Shown here: piece after piece, positions 28,638 through 39,898 of the stretch
How the letters are laid out: each line of letters starts with the position of its first letter
Numbering within the stretch: position 1 is the first letter of the stretch
From: Pseudobdellovibrionaceae bacterium
Lineage (GTDB): Bacteria > Bdellovibrionota > Bdellovibrionia > Bdellovibrionales > UBA1609
NCBI GenBank assembly: GCA_023898385.1
Contig: CP060220.1
Coordinates: forward strand, 2,655,683-2,719,682
Direction: 5' to 3'
DNA length: 64,000 nucleotides
Notes under the pieces: generated by a model
What the model was told of the DNA's origin: nothing
Seen by the model: only the letters and a program-made list of their open reading frames with translations
Databases searched by the model: none
Made by a program: the position numbers and the translations under genes

Positions 28638-29393
28638 CTATTTCATAAGCTCGATGATTCCTCGGGCTTGTTTTGAATAAATACCATCGGGTTGAGATTT
28701 CAGCAGTTCATTAAGGCGTGTGAGAGCTTCTTCTCGATTCCCAGATTGATAATAGCTAAGAGCACCATAGTACCGTGGCTCATCAAAGCGTGGATCTTTA
28801 CATAAACTGACGCTGCGATCAAATGCCTGGGCCGCGGCCATGTATTGTTTTTCTTCATAAAGAGTGCGCCCGTAATAATTATAGCTGATACAATTTTGAT
28901 CATTAATAGAAATGGCCTGTCGGATGGCTTCTTTGGCTTTTTCGAAATCTTGATTTTTAAAGTAGGCCATACCTAAATTGGACCAAGACCGATCAGGGAA
29001 AGCGTAGGTGAGGTCATTCACGCAGGTTTTTAACTCTTGTATGGCTTGTGGGTAGTCGCCTTGTTCAATCAGAATTCGGGCTAAATTGTTTCTTGCTTCA
29101 GTGTAGGCCGGATCGAGTTGTAAGGCTCGACGGGCATGGCGTTCGGCATCAACGAGTTTGTTTCGTACATAATAAGCCAGCGCCAAATTGTTTTGCACAA
29201 GCTTGTTGTCGGGATCTTGTTCGTGGGCGTTGAGCAGTTCTTTTAGAGCCAGAGGGTAATTGCCGTTGGCGAGATGAGCCGTTCCGATTTTTAGGTGAAG
29301 GTGGGCTCGCTCTTGGCGCTCCAACACCTGCTGTGAACCGCAACCGACCAAGTAACTAAATATGACTGATATCGCTCCGATTCTTGTCAACAT
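28638..29393 (-). CDS. pilW: TPR lipoprotein, PilW/PilF-like (type IV pilus biogenesis/stability)
   Basis: Lipobox-like YLVGC. About 250 aa of TPR repeats. Conserved neighbourhood with rodZ. Confidence 0.55.
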   Translation of the reverse strand: MLTRIGAISVIFSYLVGCGSQQVLERQERAHLHLKIGTAHLANGNYPLALKELLNAHEQDPDNKLVQNNLALAYYVRNKLVDAERHARRALQLDPAYTEARNNLARILIEQGDYPQAIQELKTCVNDLTYAFPDRSWSNLGMAYFKNQDFEKAKEAIRQAISINDQNCISYNYYGRTLYEEKQYMAAAQAFDRSVSLCKDPRFDEPRYYGALSYYQSGNREEALTRLNELLKSQPDGIYSKQARGIIELMK

Positions 29394-29510
29394 ACTAAAA
29401 AAACTAACAAATTTTTAATTGATGCGCAAAATCACTGACTGATGCGTTGAGTTAGTTTCGCGAAGGTGACCTCAAAACTCAGCGGCCATCAATCCCTTAC
29501 TTAGGGCTGT

Positions 29511-30641
29511 CTAAATATGTTTGAGCAACACGATAGACTCAATGTGGTCGGACTGAGGAAACATATCTATGGGCTGAAGACGAACCACATTGTATAGAGA
29601 TTTCAACTTACCTAAATCCCTCATAAGGGTGGACGGATTGCAGCTAACATAAATGATGATGGGCGGCTGCAATCGAAGCAACTCGTCCATCACTTGATTC
29701 TCGCAGCCCTGTCGGGGTGGGTCGAGCACCATCAACGCAGGACGGGGGTCTAGTGAGCCCAGAAAATCAGCTACATCGGCACATTCTAGGGTGGCCCGAG
29801 CCCCCAAAGAAGGGTCCATCCACTTACGTCCCATACTACAGCTAGTGTCGCTGAGCTCTACCCCGGTTACAGATATGTTGGGAAACGCCTTTGCCAGTGG
29901 CCAGGTGATGTTTCCAGCTCCGGCGTACAAATCAAAAATTTGTGAAAACTGATCAGAAGATTCCTGGGCCCACATCACTACGGTCTCGATGAGCTTTTCG
30001 TTCTGAGCTGCATTCACCTGGGCAAACAACAAGGTGCCTGGGTCTTTTTGTGTTTTTCGAATGTGGATTTTATTATCAAGCCCTCGGGCCACTTCAAAGC
30101 GTGTCATTTTGTCTTGGTTTTGAGTTTGAGATCGCACCTCGGGAAGGGCCTCAATAAGTGACTCTTCAGAAATCAAACAATCTTCTATGGGGATAAAGCT
30201 GTTGGTTCCGCGAGCATAGTAACCCACGAGGCCATTTACCGAGTGCAGTTGAATTCGGTTTCTGTACCTGAACTCGTTTGGCGACGGCAAAATGGGCAGT
30301 ACAGTCAAGGTCTGGTCAGGTAAGTTTCTAGATACAAAATCGTTAATGATCTGCTGTTTTTGGAACAGTTGCTCAGAGTATTCAACGTGTTGAAGGGGAC
30401 AGCCGCCACATTGATGGGCCACGGGACAAGGGGGTGTGCGTCGGTGCATCGAAGAAGAAATCACCTCAACAACCTTAGCTTCGGCAAAAGTTTTTTTGAC
30501 AGTGGTGATGCGAGCTTTGACGGTTTCTTCAGGAGCTGCGCCCTCTACAAATACAACAAAGCCGCGGTGTTTGCTAACGCCGCGGCCCCCATTGTAGGAT
30601 AGTTTTTCTACCCTCAACTCTAGTTCATCACCAACATTCAT
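29511..30641 (-). CDS. 23S rRNA (uracil-C5)-methyltransferase, RlmD/RumA family
   Basis: TRAM-like N-terminus, Fe-S cysteines (CPVAHQCGGCPLQH), and a SAM-MTase core (FDLYAGAGN, LDPPRQG, YVSCNP). Confidence 0.8.
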   Translation of the reverse strand: MNVGDELELRVEKLSYNGGRGVSKHRGFVVFVEGAAPEETVKARITTVKKTFAEAKVVEVISSSMHRRTPPCPVAHQCGGCPLQHVEYSEQLFQKQQIINDFVSRNLPDQTLTVLPILPSPNEFRYRNRIQLHSVNGLVGYYARGTNSFIPIEDCLISEESLIEALPEVRSQTQNQDKMTRFEVARGLDNKIHIRKTQKDPGTLLFAQVNAAQNEKLIETVVMWAQESSDQFSQIFDLYAGAGNITWPLAKAFPNISVTGVELSDTSCSMGRKWMDPSLGARATLECADVADFLGSLDPRPALMVLDPPRQGCENQVMDELLRLQPPIIIYVSCNPSTLMRDLGKLKSLYNVVRLQPIDMFPQSDHIESIVLLKHI

Positions 30642-31067
30642 TTATTTGTTTACGAGTTCGCTTTTTTCAAAAAACAACGACAGTTCGCGCTCGGCACTGG
30701 CGGGGCTATCGCTACCGTGAACGGCATTTTCACCCACATTGTCGCCGTAGAGGGCTCGAATGGTTCCAGGCGCGGCATCTGCCGGATTCGTGGCGCCCAT
30801 TATTTCGCGATTTTTACTAACGGCGTTTTCTCCATAAAGAGCCATCAGCATGACTGGTCCAGAAGTCATAAACTCAACAAGTTCGCCAAAAAATGGGCGT
30901 TCGCGATGTTCAGCATAGAACTCTTCACATTGACTTCGTTCTAGGCGAACGAGTTTAGCTGCCGCAATTTTAAGACCACTTTCTTCGAACTTATTGATAA
31001 TGGCACCCATGGCGTTTTTCTTTACGGCATTGGGTTTAATAATACTAAAGGTCATTTCCGCAGACAT
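30642..31067 (-). CDS. ndk: Nucleoside-diphosphate kinase
   Basis: [18 protein letters not shown] are canonical Ndk motifs; 141 aa. Confidence 0.97.
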   Translation of the reverse strand: MSAEMTFSIIKPNAVKKNAMGAIINKFEESGLKIAAAKLVRLERSQCEEFYAEHRERPFFGELVEFMTSGPVMLMALYGENAVSKNREIMGATNPADAAPGTIRALYGDNVGENAVHGSDSPASAERELSLFFEKSELVNK

Positions 31068-31096
31068 GAATCTCTCCTAGTTATGCGCGTTTTTAC

Positions 31097-31966
31097 TCAA
31101 TTTAAACTGTCTTTCAGGGTTTTGCCGAGATCCGCCGGGCTGCGAGCAATTTTGCAACCAGCCGACTCCAGTGCCTCAAATTTTGCGGCGGCGGTTCCTT
31201 TGCCTCCGCTAATAATGGCCCCGGCATGACCCATTCGCTTTCCAGGAGGTGCCGTAGCACCGGCTATAAACGCTGTCACGGGTTTTTTAAATTCTCTTCT
31301 AATGTATTCAGCGGCATCCTCTTCGGCGGACCCACCAATTTCGCCAATCAGAATCACCGCTTCGGTGTCCGGGTCGGCATTATACAGTTCCAGTACATCA
31401 ATGAAATTAGTTCCATTGACGGGATCTCCACCAATTCCCACGCAAGTGCTTTGTCCCAAGCCAAGCTGGCTCAATTGCCATACGGCTTCGTAAGTGAGTG
31501 TTCCAGAGCGCGAGAGAACACCTATCTTGCCGGGTTTATGAATATGGCCTGGCATAATACCGATTTTACATTGGCCGGGTGTAATCACGCCGGGGCAGTT
31601 AGGTCCTACCAGGCGAGATTTTTTGCCCTCCATAAACCGTTTTACTTTAACCATGTCGAGCACCGGGATTCCCTCAGTGATACAAACAATCAATCCAATT
31701 CCTGCATCAACAGCTTCCATGATGGCGTCAGCGGCAAATGGTGGCGGTACATAGATCACGCTAGCTGTGGCACCAGTTTTTTCTACACACTCTTCTACAG
31801 TGTTAAATACAGGCAAATTAATGTGTTGAGTGCCACCCTTGCCAGGAGTGACTCCACCCACCATATTGGTGCCGTAGGCCACAGCTTGTTCTGAGTGAAA
31901 AGTACCGTTGGCCCCAGTAAACCCTTGGCACATCACCTTTGTGTTTTTATCAATAAGAATAGACAT
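31097..31966 (-). CDS. sucD: Succinyl-CoA synthetase alpha subunit
   Basis: [34 protein letters not shown] is the canonical sequence. Confidence 0.98.
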   Translation of the reverse strand: MSILIDKNTKVMCQGFTGANGTFHSEQAVAYGTNMVGGVTPGKGGTQHINLPVFNTVEECVEKTGATASVIYVPPPFAADAIMEAVDAGIGLIVCITEGIPVLDMVKVKRFMEGKKSRLVGPNCPGVITPGQCKIGIMPGHIHKPGKIGVLSRSGTLTYEAVWQLSQLGLGQSTCVGIGGDPVNGTNFIDVLELYNADPDTEAVILIGEIGGSAEEDAAEYIRREFKKPVTAFIAGATAPPGKRMGHAGAIISGGKGTAAAKFEALESAGCKIARSPADLGKTLKDSLN

Positions 31967-33135
31967 TAGTGGCCTCCTTTAATGGCCGCGAGAACTTTTT
32001 CTGCAGCATCGGTGAGATCATCAGCGGGAGTTATATTCAAGCCACTCTCAGAGAGGAGCTTTTTGCCCAGTTCAACGTTGGTGCCCTCTAGGCGAACAAC
32101 CAAGGGGAGCTCTAACCCGACTTCTTGGGTGGCCGCGATGACACCCTCGGCGATAATGTCGCATTTCATGATGCCGCCAAAAATGTTTACTAAGACGGCT
32201 TTCACGTTTGGATCTTTAAGAATGAGCTTAAAGGCCGCGGTGACTTTTTCTTTGTTGGCGCCTCCACCCACATCCAAAAAGTTGGCGGGCTCTCCGCCAT
32301 GTAGCTTAATGATGTCCATGGTGGCCATGGCTAGTCCCGCTCCGTTCACCATGCAGCCCACATTGCCATCCAGTTTAATGAACGCCAAATCGTATTCGCT
32401 GGCTTCCACCTCGGCCGGATCCTCTTCAGTGAGATCACGATACTCCACAACTTTGGGTTGACGATAAAGTGCATTGGAGTCGAAATTCATTTTTGCATCG
32501 AGCGTGATTACATCGCCGTCTTTTGTTGTGACCAAGGGATTGATCTCAGCCAACGAGCAGTCGCTAGCGACAAAGGCATTGTAGAGAGAAATAAAACTAT
32601 TCACTGCTTTATTCACAAGTTTGCCTTCCAGACCCACGGCAAAGGCAAGTTGTCGCGCTTGAAAGGGCATCAATCCGGTCACAGGATCCACTGTGACCCG
32701 ATGGATTCGCTCAGGTGTCTTGGCAGCCACCTCTTCAATATCCATTCCGCCTTCGGAGCTTGCCATCATGGTGATCCTGCTGGTTTCACGGTCTAAAAGA
32801 GCGGCTACGTAGTATTCTTTTTCAATGGCACAGCCTTCTTCAATGAGTATTTTGTGAACCGTTTTACCCTCAGGCCCTGTTTGATGAGTGACCAAATTCA
32901 TTCCCAAAATATTTTCAGCGTGTGTGCGAACCTCGTCCAATGATTTGGCCACTTTCACGCCACCACCTTTACCGCGACCACCGGCGTGGATTTGGGCTTT
33001 GACCACCCAAACGCTACCTCCGAGATTTTTTGCTGCTGATACGGCTTCATCTGCCGTCGTGGCTACTTGTCCTTTGAGGGTTGTCACCCCAAACTGGCGA
33101 AGAAGTTCTTTTGCTTGATACTCATGAATGTTCAT
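31966..33135 (-). CDS. sucC: Succinyl-CoA synthetase beta subunit
   Basis: [28 protein letters not shown].. is the canonical sequence. ATGA-type junction with sucD. Confidence 0.98.
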   Translation of the reverse strand: MNIHEYQAKELLRQFGVTTLKGQVATTADEAVSAAKNLGGSVWVVKAQIHAGGRGKGGGVKVAKSLDEVRTHAENILGMNLVTHQTGPEGKTVHKILIEEGCAIEKEYYVAALLDRETSRITMMASSEGGMDIEEVAAKTPERIHRVTVDPVTGLMPFQARQLAFAVGLEGKLVNKAVNSFISLYNAFVASDCSLAEINPLVTTKDGDVITLDAKMNFDSNALYRQPKVVEYRDLTEEDPAEVEASEYDLAFIKLDGNVGCMVNGAGLAMATMDIIKLHGGEPANFLDVGGGANKEKVTAAFKLILKDPNVKAVLVNIFGGIMKCDIIAEGVIAATQEVGLELPLVVRLEGTNVELGKKLLSESGLNITPADDLTDAAEKVLAAIKGGH

Positions 33136-33146
33136 TCTGTTGCCTC

Positions 33147-34163
<1,017 letters not shown>

Positions 34164-34260
34164 TCAATGATTTGCTACATGCCACATTATTTGTCACAAT
34201 ATTCGCAGCGCATGTGATAGTAGTTCGTGAGTGAGTGGGGAATTGGGCGTGGCGTCAACG

Positions 34261-35010
34261 ATGATTCAGCTTCAAGATGTGTCCATTAGTTTTTCTGGAG
34301 AGACCCTCCTGTCAGGGGTCAACCTGTCGGTGGCTCCAGGAGAAGTGTTGGTGCTTGTTGGCCCAAGCGGGCACGGCAAATCCGTGCTGTTAAAGTTGAT
34401 GGCGGGGATTCTTAAACCTAGTTCGGGAAAGGTTTTTGTTGATGGTAAAGACATCAACGCCCTGCCGACCCGGGAGCACGAAGAGCTCGTCAAACGAATG
34501 GGCTTTCTATTTCAAAAAAATGCGCTGTTTGATTCCCTCACCTCGGGCGAAAATATTGCCTTCCCCATGCGTGAAACAACCAAGCGGACTGAAATTGAGA
34601 TACAGGAAAAAATAGACTGGTTTTTACATAGAGTTGCAATACCTCACGCCAAAGATCTTTACCCGGATGAAATTAGTGGAGGAATGCAAAAGCGGTTGGG
34701 CATTGCGCGGGCCTTGGTATTGAATCCAGAGATCATATTTTACGACGATCCCACCGCCGGGCTTGATCCCATCACCAGCCGGATGATTATTGATTTGATT
34801 TTGGAACTACAAAAAGACAACAATTCTACTGTGGTGGCAGTGACCAATGATATGAACCGGGCCTATCAGATGGCCGACAAGATAGCGATGGTTGTGGATC
34901 GTGAGGTGATTGTCACGGGTTCGGTCAAGGATACTCAAGCGCATCTGGATCCACGGGTGAAGCAATTTATTCGTGGTGACCTCAATGGACCGCTCACGGA
35001 GAGCCCGTGA
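34261..35010 (+). CDS. Mla/MCE-type ABC transporter ATPase 1 (degenerate catalytic residues)
   Basis: Walker A GPSGHGKS and an intact signature ISGGMQKR. However Walker B is IIFYDDPT (Asp in place of the catalytic Glu) and the H-loop is VTNDM (Asn in place of His). Confidence 0.85.
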   Translation: MIQLQDVSISFSGETLLSGVNLSVAPGEVLVLVGPSGHGKSVLLKLMAGILKPSSGKVFVDGKDINALPTREHEELVKRMGFLFQKNALFDSLTSGENIAFPMRETTKRTEIEIQEKIDWFLHRVAIPHAKDLYPDEISGGMQKRLGIARALVLNPEIIFYDDPTAGLDPITSRMIIDLILELQKDNNSTVVAVTNDMNRAYQMADKIAMVVDREVIVTGSVKDTQAHLDPRVKQFIRGDLNGPLTESP

Positions 35011-35741
35011 TTGAGTTCAAAAATTTAGTCAAAAATTTTGGCAGCAAAAAGGTTCTGAAGGATATCTCGTTTTCAGTGCCAAAGGGCGAGGTGCTCTTTA
35101 TCTTGGGAACCTCTGGGACCGGAAAATCAGTGCTACTGAAAACCTTGGTGGGTTTATTGCGTCCCACCAGTGGTGAAGTGTGGGTAGATGGCGAAGAGAT
35201 CAGTCATATATCTGAGGAAGCTTATTTAGAAATTCGAAAGAAGTGCGGGATGGTGTTTCAGCACCCGGCCTTATTTGATTCCCTCACTGTTTTTGAGAAC
35301 GTGGCTTTTGGGTTAAGGCGTCATTATAATTGGACTGAGGAGAAAATCCAAAAAAGAGTGCGAGAGTGCCTGGCACTTGTGCACCTTAAGGACGTAGAAC
35401 ATAGACTCCCTCAAGATATTTCCTATGGAATGCAAAAGCGGGTGAGTCTGGCTCGAACTGTCGCCGTTGGTCCGCAAGTGCTTCTCTATGACGAGCCCAC
35501 AACGGGCCTCGATCCAGTGACGACAAATGCTGTTAATCAGTTGATTCTCGAGTTGTCTAAACAGCTCCAAGTTACATCGATGGTCGTCAGTCATGATATG
35601 CACTGTGCATTGGATATAGCTGATCGCATTATTGTTTTGGATCAAGGTCAAATTGTAGAAGAAGGAACTCCCGCAGAACTCCAAAAAAGCAATCAACCAT
35701 TGGTGAAGGAGTTCTTATCTGAGGTGGTGGCCGGTGGTTAA
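35007..35741 (+). CDS. Mla/MCE-type ABC transporter ATPase 2 (degenerate signature)
   Basis: Walker A GTSGTGKS, Walker B LLYDEPT and H-loop VVSHD are canonical, but the signature motif is ISYGMQKR (SYGM instead of SGGM). Confidence 0.85.
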   Translation: MIEFKNLVKNFGSKKVLKDISFSVPKGEVLFILGTSGTGKSVLLKTLVGLLRPTSGEVWVDGEEISHISEEAYLEIRKKCGMVFQHPALFDSLTVFENVAFGLRRHYNWTEEKIQKRVRECLALVHLKDVEHRLPQDISYGMQKRVSLARTVAVGPQVLLYDEPTTGLDPVTTNAVNQLILELSKQLQVTSMVVSHDMHCALDIADRIIVLDQGQIVEEGTPAELQKSNQPLVKEFLSEVVAGG

Positions 35742-36510
35742 AGGTCTGACAAATGTGGTGACCGATATGGGTGGTGGCCTACTTTTTTTGGGTGATGTTT
35801 TTAGGGTCGCCGTAAAAAAGCCACCGAGTCTTCATATCGTTTCTGAACAAATTTGGCGCGTGACAACCCAAAGCGTATCAACCACGGCCATGGCTGGTTT
35901 TTTTGTGGGGGCGATCTCCACGGTGCAATTCACTTTGCAGGTAAAGGAGTTTGGGGCGCTTGGATATTTGGGTGGTCTCTCAACAAGCGGCACCATCCGA
36001 GAGGTGGGGCCACTCTTGATTGCCTTTATGTTGAGTGGAAAGGTGGGTGCCTTTACTTCAGCGGAGTTGGGGACGATGCGGGTGACCGAACAGATTGATG
36101 CCATTCGGTGTCTGGGCGCCAATCCCCTTCAAGAAATCATCTTGCCACGTTTTTTGGGTATTATAGTTTCCAGCTTCTTTTTGCTCGCAGCTGGGTTGAT
36201 GATGTCCATATTAGGTGGGCTATTGATGGGAATGGTTTTTTCAGGAATCAATCCCGATGAGTATTTGCGCCATATTCCGACCATTGTCACTTGGTCATCT
36301 ATCGTGAGTGGGCTGTTTAAATGTTTTGTATTTGCTTTCGTTTTGGCTTCCATCTGTACTTATAAAGGATACACGACCACCGGCGGCGCCAAGGGTGTTG
36401 GGCGGTCGGTGGTGAACACGGCAGTGGCGACCATGGTCGGGATTGTTGTTGCAGATTGGCTGACTAGTTTTATGGGTGAAATTGCAATGAGGTTGTTTCT
36501 CGGGGAGTGA
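35734..36510 (+). CDS. MlaE-family ABC permease 1
   Basis: MlaE/YrbE pattern (REVGPLLIAFMLSGKVGAFTSAELGTMRVTEQIDAIRCLGANP). Confidence 0.85.
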   Translation: MVKGLTNVVTDMGGGLLFLGDVFRVAVKKPPSLHIVSEQIWRVTTQSVSTTAMAGFFVGAISTVQFTLQVKEFGALGYLGGLSTSGTIREVGPLLIAFMLSGKVGAFTSAELGTMRVTEQIDAIRCLGANPLQEIILPRFLGIIVSSFFLLAAGLMMSILGGLLMGMVFSGINPDEYLRHIPTIVTWSSIVSGLFKCFVFAFVLASICTYKGYTTTGGAKGVGRSVVNTAVATMVGIVVADWLTSFMGEIAMRLFLGE

Positions 36511-37286
36511 CTTTGGTATCAGCGTTGGGAAATCACATCATCAATACTTTCTCTGCACTTGGAGAAATGGTGGACCTTGTCTCAAAGACAATAGCGTACA
36601 CAGTCAGGCCCCCATATAGATTTAAAGATATAGTGCACCAATTGCATTTCGTCGCCGTTGAGAGCGCACCCATTGTGATACTCTGTGTGTGTTTTGCGGC
36701 AGTTGTGACTATTATTGAAGCCTCATTCCACATGAAAATGGTGGTTCAAAATGATGCCCTTGTGCCGGGTTTTGCAGCACTTTTAATCTTGCGTGAACTG
36801 GGTGCTGTTGTTGCCGCGTTACTTGTGACATCACGAGTCGGGGCTGGCTTGGCCGCAGAAGTGGGTTCGATGCAAATAACAGAACAAATTGATGCCTTGC
36901 GGATGTTGGGAATCAACCCCATTCGATTTTTGGTGGTGCCACGATTCGTAGCCTGTGTGCTTGGTGGCTTTGTTCTTTCCATATTGGCCAATCTTATTTG
37001 TCTCTATGCCGCCATGTTGGTGAGTCAATTTATGTTGGGTTACTCACCAGGTGGTTTTTTAATGGGAATGCGAGCCTTCGTTGATTTTAAAGATCTCGTT
37101 TTTGCCGTGATCAAGGGCACTGTATTTGGAGCGGTGATTCCATTGTTCAGCTGCTACTATGGGTTTCGATGTCAGTCTGGAGCTGAGGGTGTGGGCTTGG
37201 CCACCACCCGAAGTGTAGTCGCTACATCCGTGGCCATTATTGTTTTGGATTTTTTATTGGGTTGGTTGTTTTCATACTTTTACTAA
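36507..37286 (+). CDS. MlaE-family ABC permease 2
   Basis: Paralogous MlaE pattern (RELGAVVAALLVTSRVGAGLAAEVGSMQITEQIDALRMLGINP). 4-nt overlap with permease 1. Confidence 0.85.
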   Translation: MTLVSALGNHIINTFSALGEMVDLVSKTIAYTVRPPYRFKDIVHQLHFVAVESAPIVILCVCFAAVVTIIEASFHMKMVVQNDALVPGFAALLILRELGAVVAALLVTSRVGAGLAAEVGSMQITEQIDALRMLGINPIRFLVVPRFVACVLGGFVLSILANLICLYAAMLVSQFMLGYSPGGFLMGMRAFVDFKDLVFAVIKGTVFGAVIPLFSCYYGFRCQSGAEGVGLATTRSVVATSVAIIVLDFLLGWLFSYFY

Positions 37287-37298
37287 GGAAGAGGAATA

Positions 37299-38072
37299 AT
37301 GAAACCAGAAACGAAAGTAGGCTTACTTTTTATATTATCAATGATCTTGGTGGTGGTTTTTGGCTATTACCTGGGCGTGCTTAATCCCTTCTCTAATAGC
37401 AGAGACGTATATGTGGGTTTCAATTTTGCCGGCGGCATAGAGGTGGGCTCACCCGTTCGGGTCATGGGTGTTAAAGTGGGCAAGGTGAAGGCCGTGGATT
37501 TCATGCCGCAGATGAAGGTGGGCGGCGAGGAAGTTAAGCTTCGCGTCAAAATCTCTGTGGATCGCATGGCGTGGGAATCCGTACGGGAGGACAGTCAATT
37601 TTACATTAACTTGGCTGGCGTCATCGGCGAGAAATTCTTAGAAATTACACCAGGTTCCATTGAACAGCCGGCTCTTAAAGCGGGCGCTACGGTGCGCGGC
37701 GTCGATCCGCCAAGGATTGACCAATTGATTTCTCAAAGTTACGGATTGGCGGGCAAGATATTGGAGTTTGTTGAGACAAATGAAGGGTCAGTGATCGACA
37801 CGATCAATACCCTTAATAAGTTGGTGGTCAATTTTGATCAACTGTTGAAGCAGTTGGAGTCTACCAGCAGTAAGGCAGATCTTATAAAGCTGCTACGCAA
37901 TATGACGGTGCTTACCGATGACCTTGTGTATTTCACCGGTGAGCTTCGTGGTCCGGAGGGGCAGAAAACTTTGAAGCTCGTCAATCAGTTGATTTGGCGG
38001 CTAGATGAACTTGATGCGAAGGCCATCAAAAAGTTTCTGCAAGACGAGGGCATTAAAGCTAAATTATTTTAG
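37299..38072 (+). CDS. MlaD/MCE-domain substrate-binding protein
   Basis: N-terminal TM then an MCE domain (YVGFNFAGGIEVGSPVRVMGVKVGKVKAV). Extended helical C-terminus. Confidence 0.8.
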   Translation: MKPETKVGLLFILSMILVVVFGYYLGVLNPFSNSRDVYVGFNFAGGIEVGSPVRVMGVKVGKVKAVDFMPQMKVGGEEVKLRVKISVDRMAWESVREDSQFYINLAGVIGEKFLEITPGSIEQPALKAGATVRGVDPPRIDQLISQSYGLAGKILEFVETNEGSVIDTINTLNKLVVNFDQLLKQLESTSSKADLIKLLRNMTVLTDDLVYFTGELRGPEGQKTLKLVNQLIWRLDELDAKAIKKFLQDEGIKAKLF

Positions 38073-38105
38073 CGCAAATGGGGCAATAGCGTAGGGGAGG
38101 TTAGT

Positions 38106-38720
38106 TTGATTAGGCGAGTTGTAGTTTCGATATCTATATGTATGGCGGTTTTTTCTTTAGCCAATGGGGCTAATGCGGCCATTTTAGTGGAAGAGGCGGG
38201 GCAATCGCTTTATTCAGCATCCGAAACAAAAATTTCTTCGGATGTCCTCGACTTTAGGTCCCATCGGCGGGTGGGATTTGGTTGGGCCGCAGCAGGAGCA
38301 CTGGGGCTTTTGGGTTTGCAGTTGGAGTTGAACTTCACTCCAGATGTGAGTGTTGTTGGTGGATTCGGAATATCCCGCGGCTTTCAGGCGTTCTCATTTC
38401 AGGTAAAAAGAGTGTTAGCTGGAAAATGGTTTGCTCCTTATGTCGCTGGCGGATTTGCCCGCTGGTACAATGTGGGACACAACGGAGCCATGGTAGATTC
38501 TAGCCCCGACTTTCTTAGCCAAAGATTTTTATCTGAGACCGAGCGTCAGACGGGTCAGTTTGGTGAAAACATGATATTCCCATCGGCGGGTATTCAATAT
38601 CTACAATTATCTGGTGATTGGGCCGGAGCTTCTTTGTATGCCGAGGTGATGATGATGATTGATATGGATGACTTTGTCGCCGCTCCCACAGCCGGTTTGG
38701 GAATGATGTACTACTTTTAA
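38106..38720 (+). CDS. Small outer-membrane beta-barrel protein (hypothetical)
   Basis: Signal peptide ending ANA. Gly/aromatic-rich alternating strands. C-terminal ..GLGMMYYF OMP signature. Confidence 0.55.
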   Translation: MIRRVVVSISICMAVFSLANGANAAILVEEAGQSLYSASETKISSDVLDFRSHRRVGFGWAAAGALGLLGLQLELNFTPDVSVVGGFGISRGFQAFSFQVKRVLAGKWFAPYVAGGFARWYNVGHNGAMVDSSPDFLSQRFLSETERQTGQFGENMIFPSAGIQYLQLSGDWAGASLYAEVMMMIDMDDFVAAPTAGLGMMYYF

Positions 38721-38748
38721 CTGGATCGTATTCGTCGCAGTTTTGGGT

Positions 38749-38783
38749 AAAAAAAAACCCTCGGCAAAGCCGAGGGTTTTTTT
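38749..38783. terminator. Bidirectional rho-independent terminator
   Basis: aaaaaaaaaCCCTCGGCaaaGCCGAGGGttttttt lies between convergent genes. Confidence 0.85.
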
Positions 38784-38801
38784 GTCTTAAGTAGTAATAA
38801 A

Positions 38802-39011
38802 TTACTTCTTACGACGAGCAGTTTTCTTAGCTGCTTTCTTGCGAGTGGCTTTTTTAGCAGCCTTCTTGCGAGTAGCTTTTTTAGCTGTTTTCTTTGCAGC
38901 TTTTTTGCGAGTAGCTTTTTTAGCTGTTTTCTTAGCTGCTTTTTTACGAGTAGCTTTCTTTGCAGTTGTAGTTGTCTTCTTAGCGGCTTTTTTTCTTTTC
39001 TTCGCTGCCAT
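38802..39011 (-). CDS. Histone H1-like lysine/alanine-rich DNA-binding protein (70 aa)
   Basis: ATG 39011 with an AGGAGG RBS. MAAKKRKKAAKKTTTTAKKATRKKAAKKTAKKATRKK.. is built from 39-bp (13-aa) tandem units. Confidence 0.75.
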   Translation of the reverse strand: MAAKKRKKAAKKTTTTAKKATRKKAAKKTAKKATRKKAAKKTAKKATRKKAAKKATRKKAAKKTARRKK

Positions 39012-39151
39012 GTATATCCTCCTGGGATGTGTTCTTTGTTGTTTACCAAAGTTGGTTACATCTAAAAGTGTACCCACGTGACTCTATTCGTCAATCAAAA
39101 ATATTTCTTTAGCTTTTTTTTTGCATGAAGGGTGTTTTGTGGAGGTGAACA

Positions 39152-39898
39152 GTGAGTTGGATAATTCTCATTCAAATTGTATCCGGATACTGTTTTTTTG
39201 TCCGAACATTAGACAATTTCGCACGAGAACTGGAAATTTCAGCAAGTATGCTGACAAAATTTGGCACTGCATATTCCGTATGGGTTATTTTAGGAGTCAA
39301 AATTTTGTCTTTATCATCTTCATCACTTGCATGTTGGATTCTGGTACCCACCCTCTTACCCTTTGTTATCAAGGCATTCCGAGTTTGGTGGTGGAAAAAA
39401 AACTTAGCTAAGCAGTTTTATTTATTCATCAATGAAATTGTTTTGAACATGCACTCGGGGATGTCTTTGCGGCAATCAATGCGGATGATTTTGCCACAAA
39501 CGCACCCCAGATTTCGCAAAAGATTGGAAAAATTGACGGAATTTGTTGTTTTTTCGCCACACATTTCGCCAAAAACTTTTCTGCCCGAAGAGTGTGAATT
39601 GATCTCTGTACTAAAAAAAATAGATCAAGAGACTCATTCGGGACTTCAGCACATCGAAAATTACCGGAGAAAACTAAAAATCACTTTAGATTTTCGACAT
39701 AGGTCCGGACAAATTTTGGGTCAAATTCGTCTTCAAGCCATCATCTTGAGTGTTTTGTATTCCATCTTGTTGGCCTATTCGATTCAGCAACGATCGTTTT
39801 TTGAATATTTGGAGCTCACTTTTCTATCCATTGGACTCTTCATGTTTGGTTTATTGTGGATATTTTGGGCAGGTCGGAGAATTAAATGGAAGATTTAG
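39152..39898 (+). CDS. T2SS-F family (TadB-like) membrane protein, divergent
   Basis: GTG start with a GGAGG RBS. TM helices flank a T2SSF-like loop (FINEIVLNMHSGMSLRQSMRMIL..HSGLQHIENYRRKLKITLDFRHRSGQILGQIRLQAIIL). Confidence 0.5.
   Translation: MSWIILIQIVSGYCFFVRTLDNFARELEISASMLTKFGTAYSVWVILGVKILSLSSSSLACWILVPTLLPFVIKAFRVWWWKKNLAKQFYLFINEIVLNMHSGMSLRQSMRMILPQTHPRFRKRLEKLTEFVVFSPHISPKTFLPEECELISVLKKIDQETHSGLQHIENYRRKLKITLDFRHRSGQILGQIRLQAIILSVLYSILLAYSIQQRSFFEYLELTFLSIGLFMFGLLWIFWAGRRIKWKI

Noticed and set aside
31226-32461. Long antisense ORFs inside sucD and sucC (222 aa and 159 aa). Similar ORFs lie opposite rmuC, cpaF, cpaC, groEL, glnE and the Flp-like gene (22324-22728)
   Set aside because: They lie entirely within, and opposite to, genes with unambiguous homology-grade sequences. 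Their composition is low-complexity or biased, as is typical of antisense frames, and no independent signals support them.
38820-38965. Regular 39-bp repeats that could be mistaken for a CRISPR-like array
   Set aside because: The repeats are contiguous with no spacers. They lie in frame inside a well-supported CDS (strong RBS and terminator) and encode a KA-rich peptide repeat.
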